A DNA stretch of 64,000 nt from Candidatus Hodarchaeota archaeon (GTDB lineage: Archaea > Asgardarchaeota > Lokiarchaeia > Sigyniarchaeales > SOKP01): NCBI GenBank assembly GCA_048887165.1, contig JBHLJZ010000004.1, positions 5,538 through 69,537 on the forward strand, given 5' to 3'. A program made the translations under genes and the position numbers. Positions 1-9,754 of the stretch are shown one piece after another. How positions within the stretch are numbered: position 1 is the stretch's first letter; every line of letters begins with the position of its first letter. A model generated the notes under the pieces. The model did no database searches, was not told where the DNA came from, and saw only the letters and a list, made by a program, of their open reading frames with translations.

Positions 1-1917
1 ATATTTTGCAACTTCTTTTGTAAATAAATCCCATAATTCTACTGCAAGTGAATCGATTTCTTCTTTATCATTTCCCCACTTTTGGTATTTATTGATAAGT
101 TTTTGCCTGAAATCTTCTTGTCCTTCGAAATTAGAGTTTAAAATCTTAATTAACTCTGGTAAGGTTTTTTGGTTCTCTTCATATACTACTTTTTTTATAT
201 TGTATAATGAATCAACCAAGGTTGCGAACCCATAAGCGGTTATCGAAGAAAAATTATATTTTGCTCCTCCACACACATGATCTATACCCTTTTCTATACA
301 TCCTTCCAACGTTGCAGAAATAAAAGGGTGTTGAAAATATTTCATAGCCTCAATATCTCCAATTTCAGCGATTTTTACAGATCTTTCTACATTAAATTCA
401 AGCTGATGTATAAAAGCTTTATAAAAATCATTGTAATTTTTGAATTGTGACGGATTTCCTGTTTCTAATCCATCAACCTTTTTTGTCAAATCGCTATAAC
501 TGTTATTAAGTGTTAATTCCAATACGCCTGGTAAGCTTATAAACATTCTACCTGTAGCAGCAAAGCTATTTCCTTGTCCTGTGGGTTCTACACATCCAAT
601 TAAGACATAATTTCTAGCATCTTCTAATGAGTATCCCGCTTTTTCTAGCGCTGGTATAATTATATCATCATTATAAAAGGCAATTCCAGAAGTTGATCGC
701 AAAACTTCAGCAGCTTTCTTCACAAATTTTTTAGGTGTGTTCTTAAAAATTCTTACTGATAAATCAGTTGTAAATAACTTTACATTCTCATATGCTTCAA
801 GGAAAAGATACGAAAGTTCATTTATTGCATCATTCCCATTTTTATCCATTCCTCCAATAGTTATTGTCTGAGTATTTTGGCCAAGAGCATTTGCTACCAT
901 TGTAAAATCTGTTGGTAATAATGTTACGTTCCAAGTAAGTTTTAAATTCAACTCCTCAATCAATTCTAAAGCAAATTCTCGAGTTATAATACCCTCTTGG
1001 AGGTCTTTTATATAAAAAGGCCATAATATTTGATCTAATCGCCCTAAAGCAAGTACACTACGCTGATAAATAATGTTAGCAATATTTTGCGAAAACCAGA
1101 TAAATTGTACTGCTTCATAAAATGTATTTGGAGGTTCTTCTGTGAATTTTTTCATCATATCTCCGATTATTTCAAGTTCTTTCTTGCGAAATTCATTAAT
1201 GTCCCTCATTGCAATACTATACGCAAGATCAGAATATCTTTGAGAAAAGTCCACAGCAGCTTTATAATAAATCTTAACAGCTTCATAGAAATCATACTTT
1301 TCTTGAAACTTATGATCATTTTTATCTAATTTTGTTTGATTTGTTTTTGCTTCATTTATAATTCCTTTGTATCCCATTTTTAATAGTTTTTCATAACCTG
1401 CACATAAATGTCCTTCTGTTGCTCCAATTTGAATTGCTATGTTAGGTGCTAAGGAGTCTATTAAACCTTCTCCCGTGATATAACCTTCTTCTAGTAATCT
1501 TTTGGTTATTCTACTCCCTATTAAAGATTTATCTTTCCAATAGGGAAGCAGTTTTATTAGGTCTTCAATTTCTTGTTCTTCAATGAAAAAAGGTTGAAGT
1601 GGCCTTCTTTTTAATTTTTTATATGTGATTCTTTTTTCTAAACTATTATCGTATCTCTGAAGATCAAGATTAATTTTTTCTCCTAAATTTTTACTTGTTT
1701 CATTTCCAACTAGTAATTCATCTTCTCTGATGAAAATTGTCATATTCCTTAAAGTATGGGCTACAGCTTTTGCTCTTTTAATGATCTCAGGATCATTTGG
1801 ATACTTTTTATATATTTCAGTAAAAAATTTCATGCGTTCAATACAGATTTCATATTTACTTGTTATTAGATTTTGTTTTAATCTAAAAATCCGCTCCAAA
1901 TCTGTAGCTGTATTCAA
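1..1917 (-). CDS. Glycyl radical enzyme, PFL2/glycerol-dehydratase-like family. Partial: N-terminal ~639 aa only, C-terminal Gly-radical domain lies beyond the window start
   Basis: Absent from the supplied ORF track because its stop is off-window. My own minus-strand translation is open from 1917 to 1. It reads ...TDLERIFRLKQNLITSKYEICIERMKFFTEIYKKYPNDPEIIKRAKAVAHTLRNMTIFIREDELLVGN...ARNYVLIGCVEPTGQGNSF..., which is the conserved GRE N-terminus plus the single-Cys GCVEP thiyl loop. Start placed at TTG 1915-1917. The first in-frame ATG (1831-1833) would remove conserved N-terminal residues. Confidence 0.8.
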   Translation of the reverse strand, partial: MNTATDLERIFRLKQNLITSKYEICIERMKFFTEIYKKYPNDPEIIKRAKAVAHTLRNMTIFIREDELLVGNETSKNLGEKINLDLQRYDNSLEKRITYKKLKRRPLQPFFIEEQEIEDLIKLLPYWKDKSLIGSRITKRLLEEGYITGEGLIDSLAPNIAIQIGATEGHLCAGYEKLLKMGYKGIINEAKTNQTKLDKNDHKFQEKYDFYEAVKIYYKAAVDFSQRYSDLAYSIAMRDINEFRKKELEIIGDMMKKFTEEPPNTFYEAVQFIWFSQNIANIIYQRSVLALGRLDQILWPFYIKDLQEGIITREFALELIEELNLKLTWNVTLLPTDFTMVANALGQNTQTITIGGMDKNGNDAINELSYLFLEAYENVKLFTTDLSVRIFKNTPKKFVKKAAEVLRSTSGIAFYNDDIIIPALEKAGYSLEDARNYVLIGCVEPTGQGNSFAATGRMFISLPGVLELTLNNSYSDLTKKVDGLETGNPSQFKNYNDFYKAFIHQLEFNVERSVKIAEIGDIEAMKYFQHPFISATLEGCIEKGIDHVCGGAKYNFSSITAYGFATLVDSLYNIKKVVYEENQKTLPELIKILNSNFEGQEDFRQKLINKYQKWGNDKEEIDSLAVELWDLFTKEVAKY

Positions 1918-2064
1918 TTTTAAACTCGCTATGTAATAATTATTAGATATTCGTTTTATGATATAATAATTTAATTCTATAAAAACTTTAAAATTTTAAA
2001 AGATAAGTAATTAAAAGTTATTTAGAAATGTAAAAAATTTCATTCTATTGGTGAAAAATAAAAT

Positions 2065-2913
2065 TTGAAAGATTTTAAAAATAAAGTAGCAGTTATCACA
2101 GGAGCAGGGAGCGGGATTGGTCGAGGGCTTGCTATTAAATGTATTCAAGAAGGAATGAAAACAGTAATTTCTGATCTTAATGAAAAAAATTTAGAAAGGG
2201 TAATTAGGAAAATCAAACGATTAGGAGGAGATTGTTTAGCAGTTAAAGTAGATGTTTCAAAAAGTGATGAGGTAAAAGAACTCTCAAAAAACGCTATTGA
2301 TAAATTTGGAACAGTAGATTTATTGTTTAATAATGCAGGTGTAGCGATGCCACGTTTTGCTTGGCAATACACATTAAATGATTGGGAATGGATATTAGGT
2401 GTGAATTTATGGGGTGTGATTCATGGGATTCGGATTTTTGTGCCAATTATGCTTGAACAAGGGAAAGAAGGTTATATTGTAAATACAGCATCCATTGAAG
2501 GATTATGTTCCAGAAATCCTGGCGGTGCAATTTATAGCGTTTCAAAGCATGGAGTAGTTGCTCTTTCTGAAGTCCTAAAGAATAATCTTGAGGAGATAGG
2601 AGCTAAAATAAAAGTTTCCGTTTTGTGCCCTGGATTAGTTGATACCAAGATTTTCACTTCTGAATTGAATCGTCCGAAAGAATATTTAGATCAACAATTA
2701 GAACCAATAGATATTCATGATCGTGATCGAGAAGTAAATATATACAGGAAAGTACTTGCAGAATCACCCATGATATCTCCTGAAGAGGTTGCAGAAACTG
2801 TTTTCCAAGCTATAAGAGAGGAAAAATTTTACATTTTAACCCATAAACAATCGATTTTTAAAAATGTGATAAAGGAACGAATGGACGCAATTCTTAAAGC
2901 TTTTGACGATTAA
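2065..2913 (+). CDS. Short-chain dehydrogenase/reductase (SDR) family oxidoreductase
   Basis: 282 aa. Has the TGAGSGIG dinucleotide-binding motif, NNAG, and the catalytic YSVSK (YxxxK). TTG start preceded by GGTGA. Confidence 0.85.
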   Translation: MKDFKNKVAVITGAGSGIGRGLAIKCIQEGMKTVISDLNEKNLERVIRKIKRLGGDCLAVKVDVSKSDEVKELSKNAIDKFGTVDLLFNNAGVAMPRFAWQYTLNDWEWILGVNLWGVIHGIRIFVPIMLEQGKEGYIVNTASIEGLCSRNPGGAIYSVSKHGVVALSEVLKNNLEEIGAKIKVSVLCPGLVDTKIFTSELNRPKEYLDQQLEPIDIHDRDREVNIYRKVLAESPMISPEEVAETVFQAIREEKFYILTHKQSIFKNVIKERMDAILKAFDD

Positions 2914-3011
2914 CAAATAGAAAAAATATGCTTATACTAAAAATGCTATATGTTTTTTTCTTTTACTTAATTAAATAATCATAATTATATATTATCAATT
3001 TTTTAAGGAAA

Positions 3012-3857
3012 ATGGATTTTGAAACTATTAAATTTGAATTAAATGAAAAAGGTATCGGAATTATAACTTTTAATCGACCAGGAAAAGCTAATGCTATGTC
3101 TTTTCAAATGGTTGAAGACCTCCATAGTTTATTTGACCAACTTGAAACCAATCTTGACTGTCGTGTAATAATTATGCGAGCAGAAGGCAATGTTTTTAAT
3201 GCAGGACAAGATCTAGTTGATGGAGCTATTTTAAAAACCAAAAGGAAGCCAGAACATCTAAAAAAGTTTTTTTATATTGATGTTCCTGACGTTGTAAAAA
3301 GTTGTATGTATTACCAATGGCGTATAGCAGAACTCATAGTAAAAATGAGAAAGATCTCACAACCTATAATTGCTATGATCAACGGGGCTGCTATTGGAGC
3401 AGGATTTTCCTTAACCATGGCCACAGATATCCGTATTGCAACGAAAAAAGCAAAATTTAATGCCGCTTATATTAAATTTGGATTAACTGGTTCTGATATG
3501 GGCAGTAGTTATTTTCTTCCAAGACAAATTGGAATGTCAAAAGCAACAGAATTATTATATACAGGACGGTTTTTTGATGCTGAAGAAGCTGAAAAAAATG
3601 GATTTGTATTAAAAGTTGTAGAAGAAAATGAATTGTTAACTGCTGCTGTGGAGCTGGCCCAAAATATGTTACATAAGAGTCCTCTGGGATTACGCATGAC
3701 AAAACAAGCTATTAATTTATCAATGGATTCACCTAGTTTGGAAACGATTATCCAAATTGAAAACCGCGGTCAAATACTCTGTAGTATGTCAAATGATGTT
3801 ATGGAAGGATTAAAAGCGTTTTATGAAAAGAGAGATCCCCAATTTCCACTAAGATAA
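3012..3857 (+). CDS. Crotonase (enoyl-CoA hydratase/isomerase) superfamily protein, paralog 1, atypical active site
   Basis: 281 aa. Crotonase core ...INGAAIGAGFSLTMATDIRIA...FGLTGSDMGSSYFLPRQIG... Clearly paralogous to 3900-4754 and 5652-6497, with the shared N-terminus M(D/N)FE(T/S)IKFEL. Confidence 0.85.
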   Translation: MDFETIKFELNEKGIGIITFNRPGKANAMSFQMVEDLHSLFDQLETNLDCRVIIMRAEGNVFNAGQDLVDGAILKTKRKPEHLKKFFYIDVPDVVKSCMYYQWRIAELIVKMRKISQPIIAMINGAAIGAGFSLTMATDIRIATKKAKFNAAYIKFGLTGSDMGSSYFLPRQIGMSKATELLYTGRFFDAEEAEKNGFVLKVVEENELLTAAVELAQNMLHKSPLGLRMTKQAINLSMDSPSLETIIQIENRGQILCSMSNDVMEGLKAFYEKRDPQFPLR

Positions 3858-3899
3858 TACAAAAAAAGATGATTAATTTTAAAATAAAGAGTGATAAAC

Positions 3900-4754
3900 T
3901 TGAATTTTGAAAGTATAAAATTCGAATTGAAGGAAAATGGAATAGGAATTCTAACTCTAAATAGACCAGAAAAATTGAATGCAATGTCTTTTCAAATGAT
4001 TCAAGATTTACATACAATACTCGATCATTTAATGGTCAATTTGGATTGTAGAGTACTTATATTAAAAGCAGAAGGACGGGCATTTTGTGCTGGTTTAGAT
4101 TTGAAGGAATCGATGGTACTTCAATCAAAAAAGAAACCTCCTGAGTTAAAAGAAAAATTCCCTTTTTTAAATGCTCCTGATAAAGATATAATAAAAGCTA
4201 AAATGTATGGTCAGTGGCATACCAGTCAAGTTATAGTAAAAATGCGCAAAATTAGTCAACCTGTTATAGCTATAGTCAATGGAGCTGCATCAGGTGCAGG
4301 ATTTGCTTTTGCATTAGCAGCGGATATTCGAATTGCAGGCAAAAATGCACGATTTAATAATGCATTTATTAATGTTGGATTTTCTGGTGCGGATTTAGGA
4401 AGTAGCTATCATTTACCTCGACTTATTGGTATGTCAAGAGCAACAGAGATTTTATACTCAGGACGATTTGTTGATGCTGAAGAGGCAGAAAAAATTGGCT
4501 TAGTTTTAAAGGTTGTTGAAGATGAAAAATTACTTGATACAGCAATGCAAGTAGCGGAGAATATGCTCCATAAAAGTCCCTTAGGATTACGCATGACTAA
4601 ACAGGCGATTAATATCTCTCAGGATTCTCCTAGTCTGGAAACATTGCTTCAATTAGAAAATCGTTCCCAAATGCTCTGTTCAACTTCAGATGACATCATG
4701 GAAGGTGTTCAATCATTTTTCGAAAAAAGAGACCCTAAATATCCTTTAAGATAA
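3900..4754 (+). CDS. Crotonase superfamily protein, paralog 2
   Basis: The track ORF starts at GTG 3891. TTG 3900 gives MNFESIKFEL, which matches the N-termini of the two paralogs and follows a GAGTGA SD-like motif. Core: NGAASGAGFAFALAADIRIA...VGFSGADLGSSYHLPRLIG. Confidence 0.85.
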   Translation: MNFESIKFELKENGIGILTLNRPEKLNAMSFQMIQDLHTILDHLMVNLDCRVLILKAEGRAFCAGLDLKESMVLQSKKKPPELKEKFPFLNAPDKDIIKAKMYGQWHTSQVIVKMRKISQPVIAIVNGAASGAGFAFALAADIRIAGKNARFNNAFINVGFSGADLGSSYHLPRLIGMSRATEILYSGRFVDAEEAEKIGLVLKVVEDEKLLDTAMQVAENMLHKSPLGLRMTKQAINISQDSPSLETLLQLENRSQMLCSTSDDIMEGVQSFFEKRDPKYPLR

Positions 4755-4791
4755 ATCTAAATTTTACTACAATTATAATTTTTTGTTTTAA

Positions 4792-5619
4792 ATGAATAGC
4801 AAATTACTTCCAAGGAATATCTACCAGAACTATATAAAAAATAATATCAGCAGAGCTGAAGTCATCACACTTTTGGGTTCCTATATTGAAAATAGTCATA
4901 ACTTAGATCTTAGACTTGAAAGTTTAAATTTTTTAAATAAATTAGAGGAAAAAACTAAATCTATTTTTAAGATTCTTGAAACATGTCTTATATCTGATGA
5001 AAATGAGGAATTAAGAGTAATAGCAATGGAAGCGTTATTCAGAAATTACCAAAACGAGAGTTTTGAATCTTTAAAATGGACAATACTTAATGATAAATCA
5101 TCTCTAGTGCTACAAGCTATAAAAAATATTATAGAAAAGGGGGAAATTAAACATTCTGAAGATTTCAAAAAAATTTTTAATGAAAGATTTCAAAAAATTG
5201 CAAAAAATTATAATATAACGATTCAAGAGGTTCCAGTTCTCATCGATTTGAGATTTAATTTAGTTAAAAGTATTTATTCTGATTTCATCTATGATAACTA
5301 CTCGATATGTGTGATTAGAAATAATTATATTAGAGAACTAAGTTTATCTTTTAAAAGTTCATTACCTGAATCAATAGGTTCTTTAAAAAAGTTAGAAACT
5401 TTAGATTTGAGATGTAATAATTTATCTTCGTTACCAGAATCATTAAGCCATCTAAAAAAGCTAAGATATCTCAATTTAAGTTGGAATAATTTTACTCATA
5501 TTCCCAAATTTTTGACCAAAATGGATTCTCTTGAATTTTTAGATTTAAGTAATAATAATATTAAAAATATTCCAGAATCGATTAAAAAATTGAAAAGATT
5601 AAAGACTCTTTTTTATTAA
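4792..5619 (+). CDS. HEAT/ARM-like plus leucine-rich-repeat (LRR) protein
   Basis: 275 aa. The C-terminal half holds consecutive ~23-residue LRRs (LKKLETLDLRCNNLSSLPESLSH / LKKLRYLNLSWNNFTHIPKFLTK / MDSLEFLDLSNNNIKNIPESIKK / LKRLKTL). The N-terminal half is helical and repeat-like. Confidence 0.7.
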   Translation: MNSKLLPRNIYQNYIKNNISRAEVITLLGSYIENSHNLDLRLESLNFLNKLEEKTKSIFKILETCLISDENEELRVIAMEALFRNYQNESFESLKWTILNDKSSLVLQAIKNIIEKGEIKHSEDFKKIFNERFQKIAKNYNITIQEVPVLIDLRFNLVKSIYSDFIYDNYSICVIRNNYIRELSLSFKSSLPESIGSLKKLETLDLRCNNLSSLPESLSHLKKLRYLNLSWNNFTHIPKFLTKMDSLEFLDLSNNNIKNIPESIKKLKRLKTLFY

Positions 5620-5651
5620 TATAAATAATAATTATACTTTTGAGAAATAAA

Positions 5652-6497
5652 ATGAATTTTGAAACAATTAAATTTGAGTTAAAAGAAAATGGAATTGGTA
5701 TATTAACCCTTAATCGTCCTGAAAAACTCAATGCAATTTCATTCCAAATGGAAGAAGAATTACATGAGCTATTAGATTACTTAATGATTAATTTGGATTG
5801 CCGAGTTCTAATTTTAAAAGGTGAAGGTCGAGCCTTTTGTGCGGGAACAGATCTTCAAGAAGGATTGATATTAAATTCTAAAAAACAACCTGCTGGTTAT
5901 GAAAAATTTTATTATTTGAATATATCAGAACCAGTAAAAAGAAAGATGTATCATCAATGGAGAATCAGTCAAATCTATATTAAAATGCGAAAGATTAGTC
6001 AGCCAATCATATCGCTAATTCATGGAGCTGCTGTTGGAGGAGGATTTGGATTTGCTATGGCTTCAGATATACGATTTGCGAGTGATGATGCGAAATTTAT
6101 TAACGGTTCAATAAACATTGGATTAACAGGGGCAGATGTAGGAGGAAGTTATTTTCTACCTCGTTTAATAGGAATGGCGAGAGCTTCTGAGATTTTATAC
6201 TCCGGTAGAAATGTGGATGGAAGAGAAGCCGAGAAAATAGGCTTGGTATTTAGAACCGTTGAAAAAGAGAAACTATTAGAAGTAGGTTTGGAAAAAGCAG
6301 AAGAATTGCTAAAGAAAAGCCCATTAGGCTTAAGAATGACTAAACAAGCTATTAACTTATCAATGGACTCACCAAGCTTGGAAAATATTTCACAATTTGA
6401 GAACTCATCTATTGTTCTTACTTTTAGCTCAAAAGATGTTATGGAAGCTTCAAGTGCTTTTTTTGAGAAAAGAGATCCAAAATATCCACTTCGCTAA
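5652..6497 (+). CDS. Crotonase superfamily protein, paralog 3
   Basis: The track ORF starts at TTG 5640. ATG 5652 gives MNFETIKFELKENGIGILTLNRPEKLNA, colinear with the paralogs. Core: HGAAVGGGFGFAMASDIRFA...IGLTGADVGGSYFLPRLIG. Confidence 0.85.
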   Translation: MNFETIKFELKENGIGILTLNRPEKLNAISFQMEEELHELLDYLMINLDCRVLILKGEGRAFCAGTDLQEGLILNSKKQPAGYEKFYYLNISEPVKRKMYHQWRISQIYIKMRKISQPIISLIHGAAVGGGFGFAMASDIRFASDDAKFINGSINIGLTGADVGGSYFLPRLIGMARASEILYSGRNVDGREAEKIGLVFRTVEKEKLLEVGLEKAEELLKKSPLGLRMTKQAINLSMDSPSLENISQFENSSIVLTFSSKDVMEASSAFFEKRDPKYPLR

Positions 6498-6553
6498 TCA
6501 TTTTAAATCATATAAAGTAACTTTTAATTCCTAATTTATATTTTAATAGTTGT

Positions 6554-8329
6554 ATGGGGATTGATAATAATTTGAAATGGGAGCCAGTCAAAGGTCAAAT
6601 TATGACTAAATGGGCAAAAGATGTTGATCCAAATAATCCTCTTCCCGACTATCCTAGACCTCAATTTAGGAGAAAAGAGTGGATGAATTTAAATGGATTA
6701 TGGAATTATGCTATACTTCCTAAAGAGAAAGAAATGGTTAATTCTTATGATGGAAAGATTTTAGTTCCATTTCCTATAGAATCTGCTTTATCTGGTGTAA
6801 GTAAGAAATTAAGACCACTCCAAAATTTATGGTATCAAAGACATTTTAAAATACCCTTTACATGGAAGGGAATGAAAATTTTAATTCATTTTGGTGCTGT
6901 TGATTGGGAAATGGCAATCTGGATAAATAAGAAAGAGATTGGAACACATCGAGGTGGATACACTCCCTTTTATTTTGATATTACAGAATATGTTCAAATA
7001 CAGAATGATAATGAGATCATCATTAGAGTTTCGGATCCAACTAACAAAGGAAATCAGGGACGAGGGAAACAAACTTTGAATCCTGGTGCAATTTTTTATA
7101 CAGCAGTTTCAGGGATTTGGCAAACCGTTTGGCTCGAGCCAGTTCCTAAAACTTTCATAAAATTTATTCAAATGATTCCTGATATTGATGAACAAACCTT
7201 AAATCTTGATTTTGATATCGAAAATCCACAACCTCATGATTTTTTACACTTAGAAATAAAAGATCTTGATAACATAATACTATCTTATCAACAAGAATTC
7301 AATTCAAATCTTAAATTCAACATTCCTTCACCAAAACTCTGGACTCCTAAAAATCCGTTTCTTTATGATTTAACTGTTAAGTTATTAAGAGACGCTATAA
7401 TTATTGATGAAATTGATAGCTATTTTGGGATGAGAAAAATTGGATTAGGAAAACCAGAAAATGGTATCCAACAGATAGAATTGAATAATAAACCATTATT
7501 TCAATATGGAACTCTTGATCAGGGTTACTGGCCTGATGGTTTGTATACTGCGCCTACTGATGAGGCTTTAAGTTATGATATAGAAATTACTAAAGAACTT
7601 GGGTTTAATATGATTCGAAAACATGTAAAGGTTGAACCTGCAAGATGGTATTACCACTGTGACAAGGTTGGAATTTTAGTATGGCAAGATATGCCAAATG
7701 GAGGGACCATAATGTTAGACCCAGCTAAAGAAATTGAAGAATTTAAAAATAAGAAACGAGATGAACAAGAAAAGTTGGAATATTACAATGAGCTTGAAGA
7801 TATGATAAAAAATTTATTCAATTCCCCATCGATTGTTGTATGGGTACCTTTTAATGAAGGTTGGGGTCAATTTGATACAGAATTAGTGGTAGAAAGAATC
7901 AGAAAATTAGATGGAACCCGCCTTATTGATAGTGCAAGTGGTTGGTTTGATCAAGGAGTAGGAGATATTTATGATTGCCATAATTATCCAACACCTAAAA
8001 TGCCAGTTCTTAAAAAAATAGGAGATCGTGCTGCAGTCGTAGGGGAATTTGGAGGATTAGGATTAGAAATACATGATCACATGTGGAACATGAGATCAAA
8101 ATTTGTATATAGAAATTACGATGATCCAAATAGTATGATTACAATGTATGGAAAACTAATTTCAACTTTGAAAAAATTAATAGGAAAAGGACTTACCGCA
8201 GCGATCTATACTCAAATTACTGACGTAGAAGGGGAAGTGAATGGACTTTTAACATATGATCGCAAAGTTATCAAAATAGACCAAAATCAATTAACAGAGT
8301 TAAACTTAAGTTTACACCAACTAGAATGA
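6554..8329 (+). CDS. Glycoside hydrolase family 2-like enzyme (beta-galactosidase/mannosidase/glucuronidase type)
   Basis: 591 aa. Sugar-binding-domain motif HFGAVDWEMAIWINKKEIGTHRGGYTPFYFDIT. TIM-barrel acid/base region VVWVPFNEGWGQ. No signal peptide seen. Confidence 0.75.
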   Translation: MGIDNNLKWEPVKGQIMTKWAKDVDPNNPLPDYPRPQFRRKEWMNLNGLWNYAILPKEKEMVNSYDGKILVPFPIESALSGVSKKLRPLQNLWYQRHFKIPFTWKGMKILIHFGAVDWEMAIWINKKEIGTHRGGYTPFYFDITEYVQIQNDNEIIIRVSDPTNKGNQGRGKQTLNPGAIFYTAVSGIWQTVWLEPVPKTFIKFIQMIPDIDEQTLNLDFDIENPQPHDFLHLEIKDLDNIILSYQQEFNSNLKFNIPSPKLWTPKNPFLYDLTVKLLRDAIIIDEIDSYFGMRKIGLGKPENGIQQIELNNKPLFQYGTLDQGYWPDGLYTAPTDEALSYDIEITKELGFNMIRKHVKVEPARWYYHCDKVGILVWQDMPNGGTIMLDPAKEIEEFKNKKRDEQEKLEYYNELEDMIKNLFNSPSIVVWVPFNEGWGQFDTELVVERIRKLDGTRLIDSASGWFDQGVGDIYDCHNYPTPKMPVLKKIGDRAAVVGEFGGLGLEIHDHMWNMRSKFVYRNYDDPNSMITMYGKLISTLKKLIGKGLTAAIYTQITDVEGEVNGLLTYDRKVIKIDQNQLTELNLSLHQLE

Positions 8330-8360
8330 GGGAATAATTATAAAAAGAGATGAATAAATA

Positions 8361-9704
8361 ATGAGAAATGAAATTAATTCTTCGAATAGGGGAAATTCTA
8401 AAGCAGAACTAAATGTGACAAAAATTGGCTCCCAGAATGTACTAATAATTTTGATTTTAGGAATAGCTGGCCAAATTGCATGGGCAGTAGAGAATAGTTG
8501 GTTTAATACTTTTGTTTTTGATGAGATAACTCCCAATCCATGGCCAGTAGCATGGATGGTCGCTGTAAGTGCAATCACAGCAACGCTTACAACGTTAATA
8601 ATGGGGGCGTTAAGCGATCGAACGCGTTCGAGATGGGGACGAAGAAGACCATACATCCTTTTCGGTTATATTACTTGGGGAATTGTTACTGCCTTATTTC
8701 CTTTGGTATCATTCATTAAGCTTATTGGAATTGCTGTTGTAATGGTAATTATAGCAGATGCGATTATGACTTTTTTTGGTTCAACAGCAAATGATGCAGC
8801 ATATAATGCTTGGATTACGGATATAGGTGATTCCAGCAACCGTAACCGAATTTCAAGCATAAATAGTATAACAGGATTAATTGCTACTCTCATTTCAATA
8901 GGAGTAGCGGGTTTTATCATTGATTTCTATGGATACTTTACATTCTTCTACATCTTAGGAGGTATTGTTTCGATTAGTGGCCTAATTGCAGGGCTAATCC
9001 TCAAAGAACCAGAGACTATATCTGAAGAACCGAATTCTCAAAAAAAGTTACAGAAAGAATTTTTAGAGTTATTATCTCTGAACAATATTCGAAAAAATAA
9101 GATTTTATATCTCTTATTTCTCAATATGGCTTTAAGTGGGATAGCTAGTCAAATATACTTCCCCTATATCTTTATTTATTTTGAACACTATTTAGGACTA
9201 ACAAAGTCACTAATAAGTATTATAGGGGGCTTAATAATAGCTGGATCTACTGTTGCAATTATTGCTATTGGATTTATTAGCCATAAATTTAATCGAAGAT
9301 CAGTTTTAATTTTTGGCACTTTTATAGCTGCTGGATTTTTGTTCACACTAGGTTTAGTTGTTGATATATGGATTTTAATAGTTATTTACATGCTTCAAAC
9401 CATATCCAGTATGACTGTTGGAGCGATACATGGTGGATGGTTACAGGATAAATATCCAGAAGGTAATATCGGTAAATTTCAAGGTGTTCGCTTGATTTTT
9501 ATGGTACTTATTCCAATGGTTATTGGTCCTTTAATTGGTTCCGCACTGATCTCACAATTTGGGATTCCAATTATTATAAATGGTGAATCTGGATATGTCC
9601 CCACGCCACCCTTACTCATGATTGGTGCTTTAGTATCTCTTCTTGCTATAATTCCCTTATCCTTTATCAAGAGGGTTGATGGAGAAATCCATTTCAAGAA
9701 TTAA
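8361..9704 (+). CDS. GPH-family (glycoside-pentoside-hexuronide) MFS sugar:cation symporter
   Basis: 447 aa, about 12 predicted TM helices. GPH signature LSDRTRSRWGRRRPY after TM2. Lies immediately downstream of the GH2 gene. Confidence 0.8.
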   Translation: MRNEINSSNRGNSKAELNVTKIGSQNVLIILILGIAGQIAWAVENSWFNTFVFDEITPNPWPVAWMVAVSAITATLTTLIMGALSDRTRSRWGRRRPYILFGYITWGIVTALFPLVSFIKLIGIAVVMVIIADAIMTFFGSTANDAAYNAWITDIGDSSNRNRISSINSITGLIATLISIGVAGFIIDFYGYFTFFYILGGIVSISGLIAGLILKEPETISEEPNSQKKLQKEFLELLSLNNIRKNKILYLLFLNMALSGIASQIYFPYIFIYFEHYLGLTKSLISIIGGLIIAGSTVAIIAIGFISHKFNRRSVLIFGTFIAAGFLFTLGLVVDIWILIVIYMLQTISSMTVGAIHGGWLQDKYPEGNIGKFQGVRLIFMVLIPMVIGPLIGSALISQFGIPIIINGESGYVPTPPLLMIGALVSLLAIIPLSFIKRVDGEIHFKN

Positions 9705-9754
9705 AATAATATTATATGAAAAAATAAAAAAAATATATAGATTTTAAAAATTGA

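Noticed and set aside
1087-1936. Track ORFs 1087-1329(+) and 1730-1936(+).
   Set aside because: Both lie antisense inside the long, motif-rich glycyl-radical-enzyme frame on the minus strand. Their translations are low-complexity F/I/K-rich strings typical of shadow ORFs in AT-rich DNA.
1918-2064. Attempt to call TATA/BRE promoter elements in the divergent GRE/SDR spacer and other intergenic regions.
   Set aside because: The intergenic DNA is almost entirely A/T, so TATA-like strings occur everywhere. No specific call can be supported without transcription start site data.
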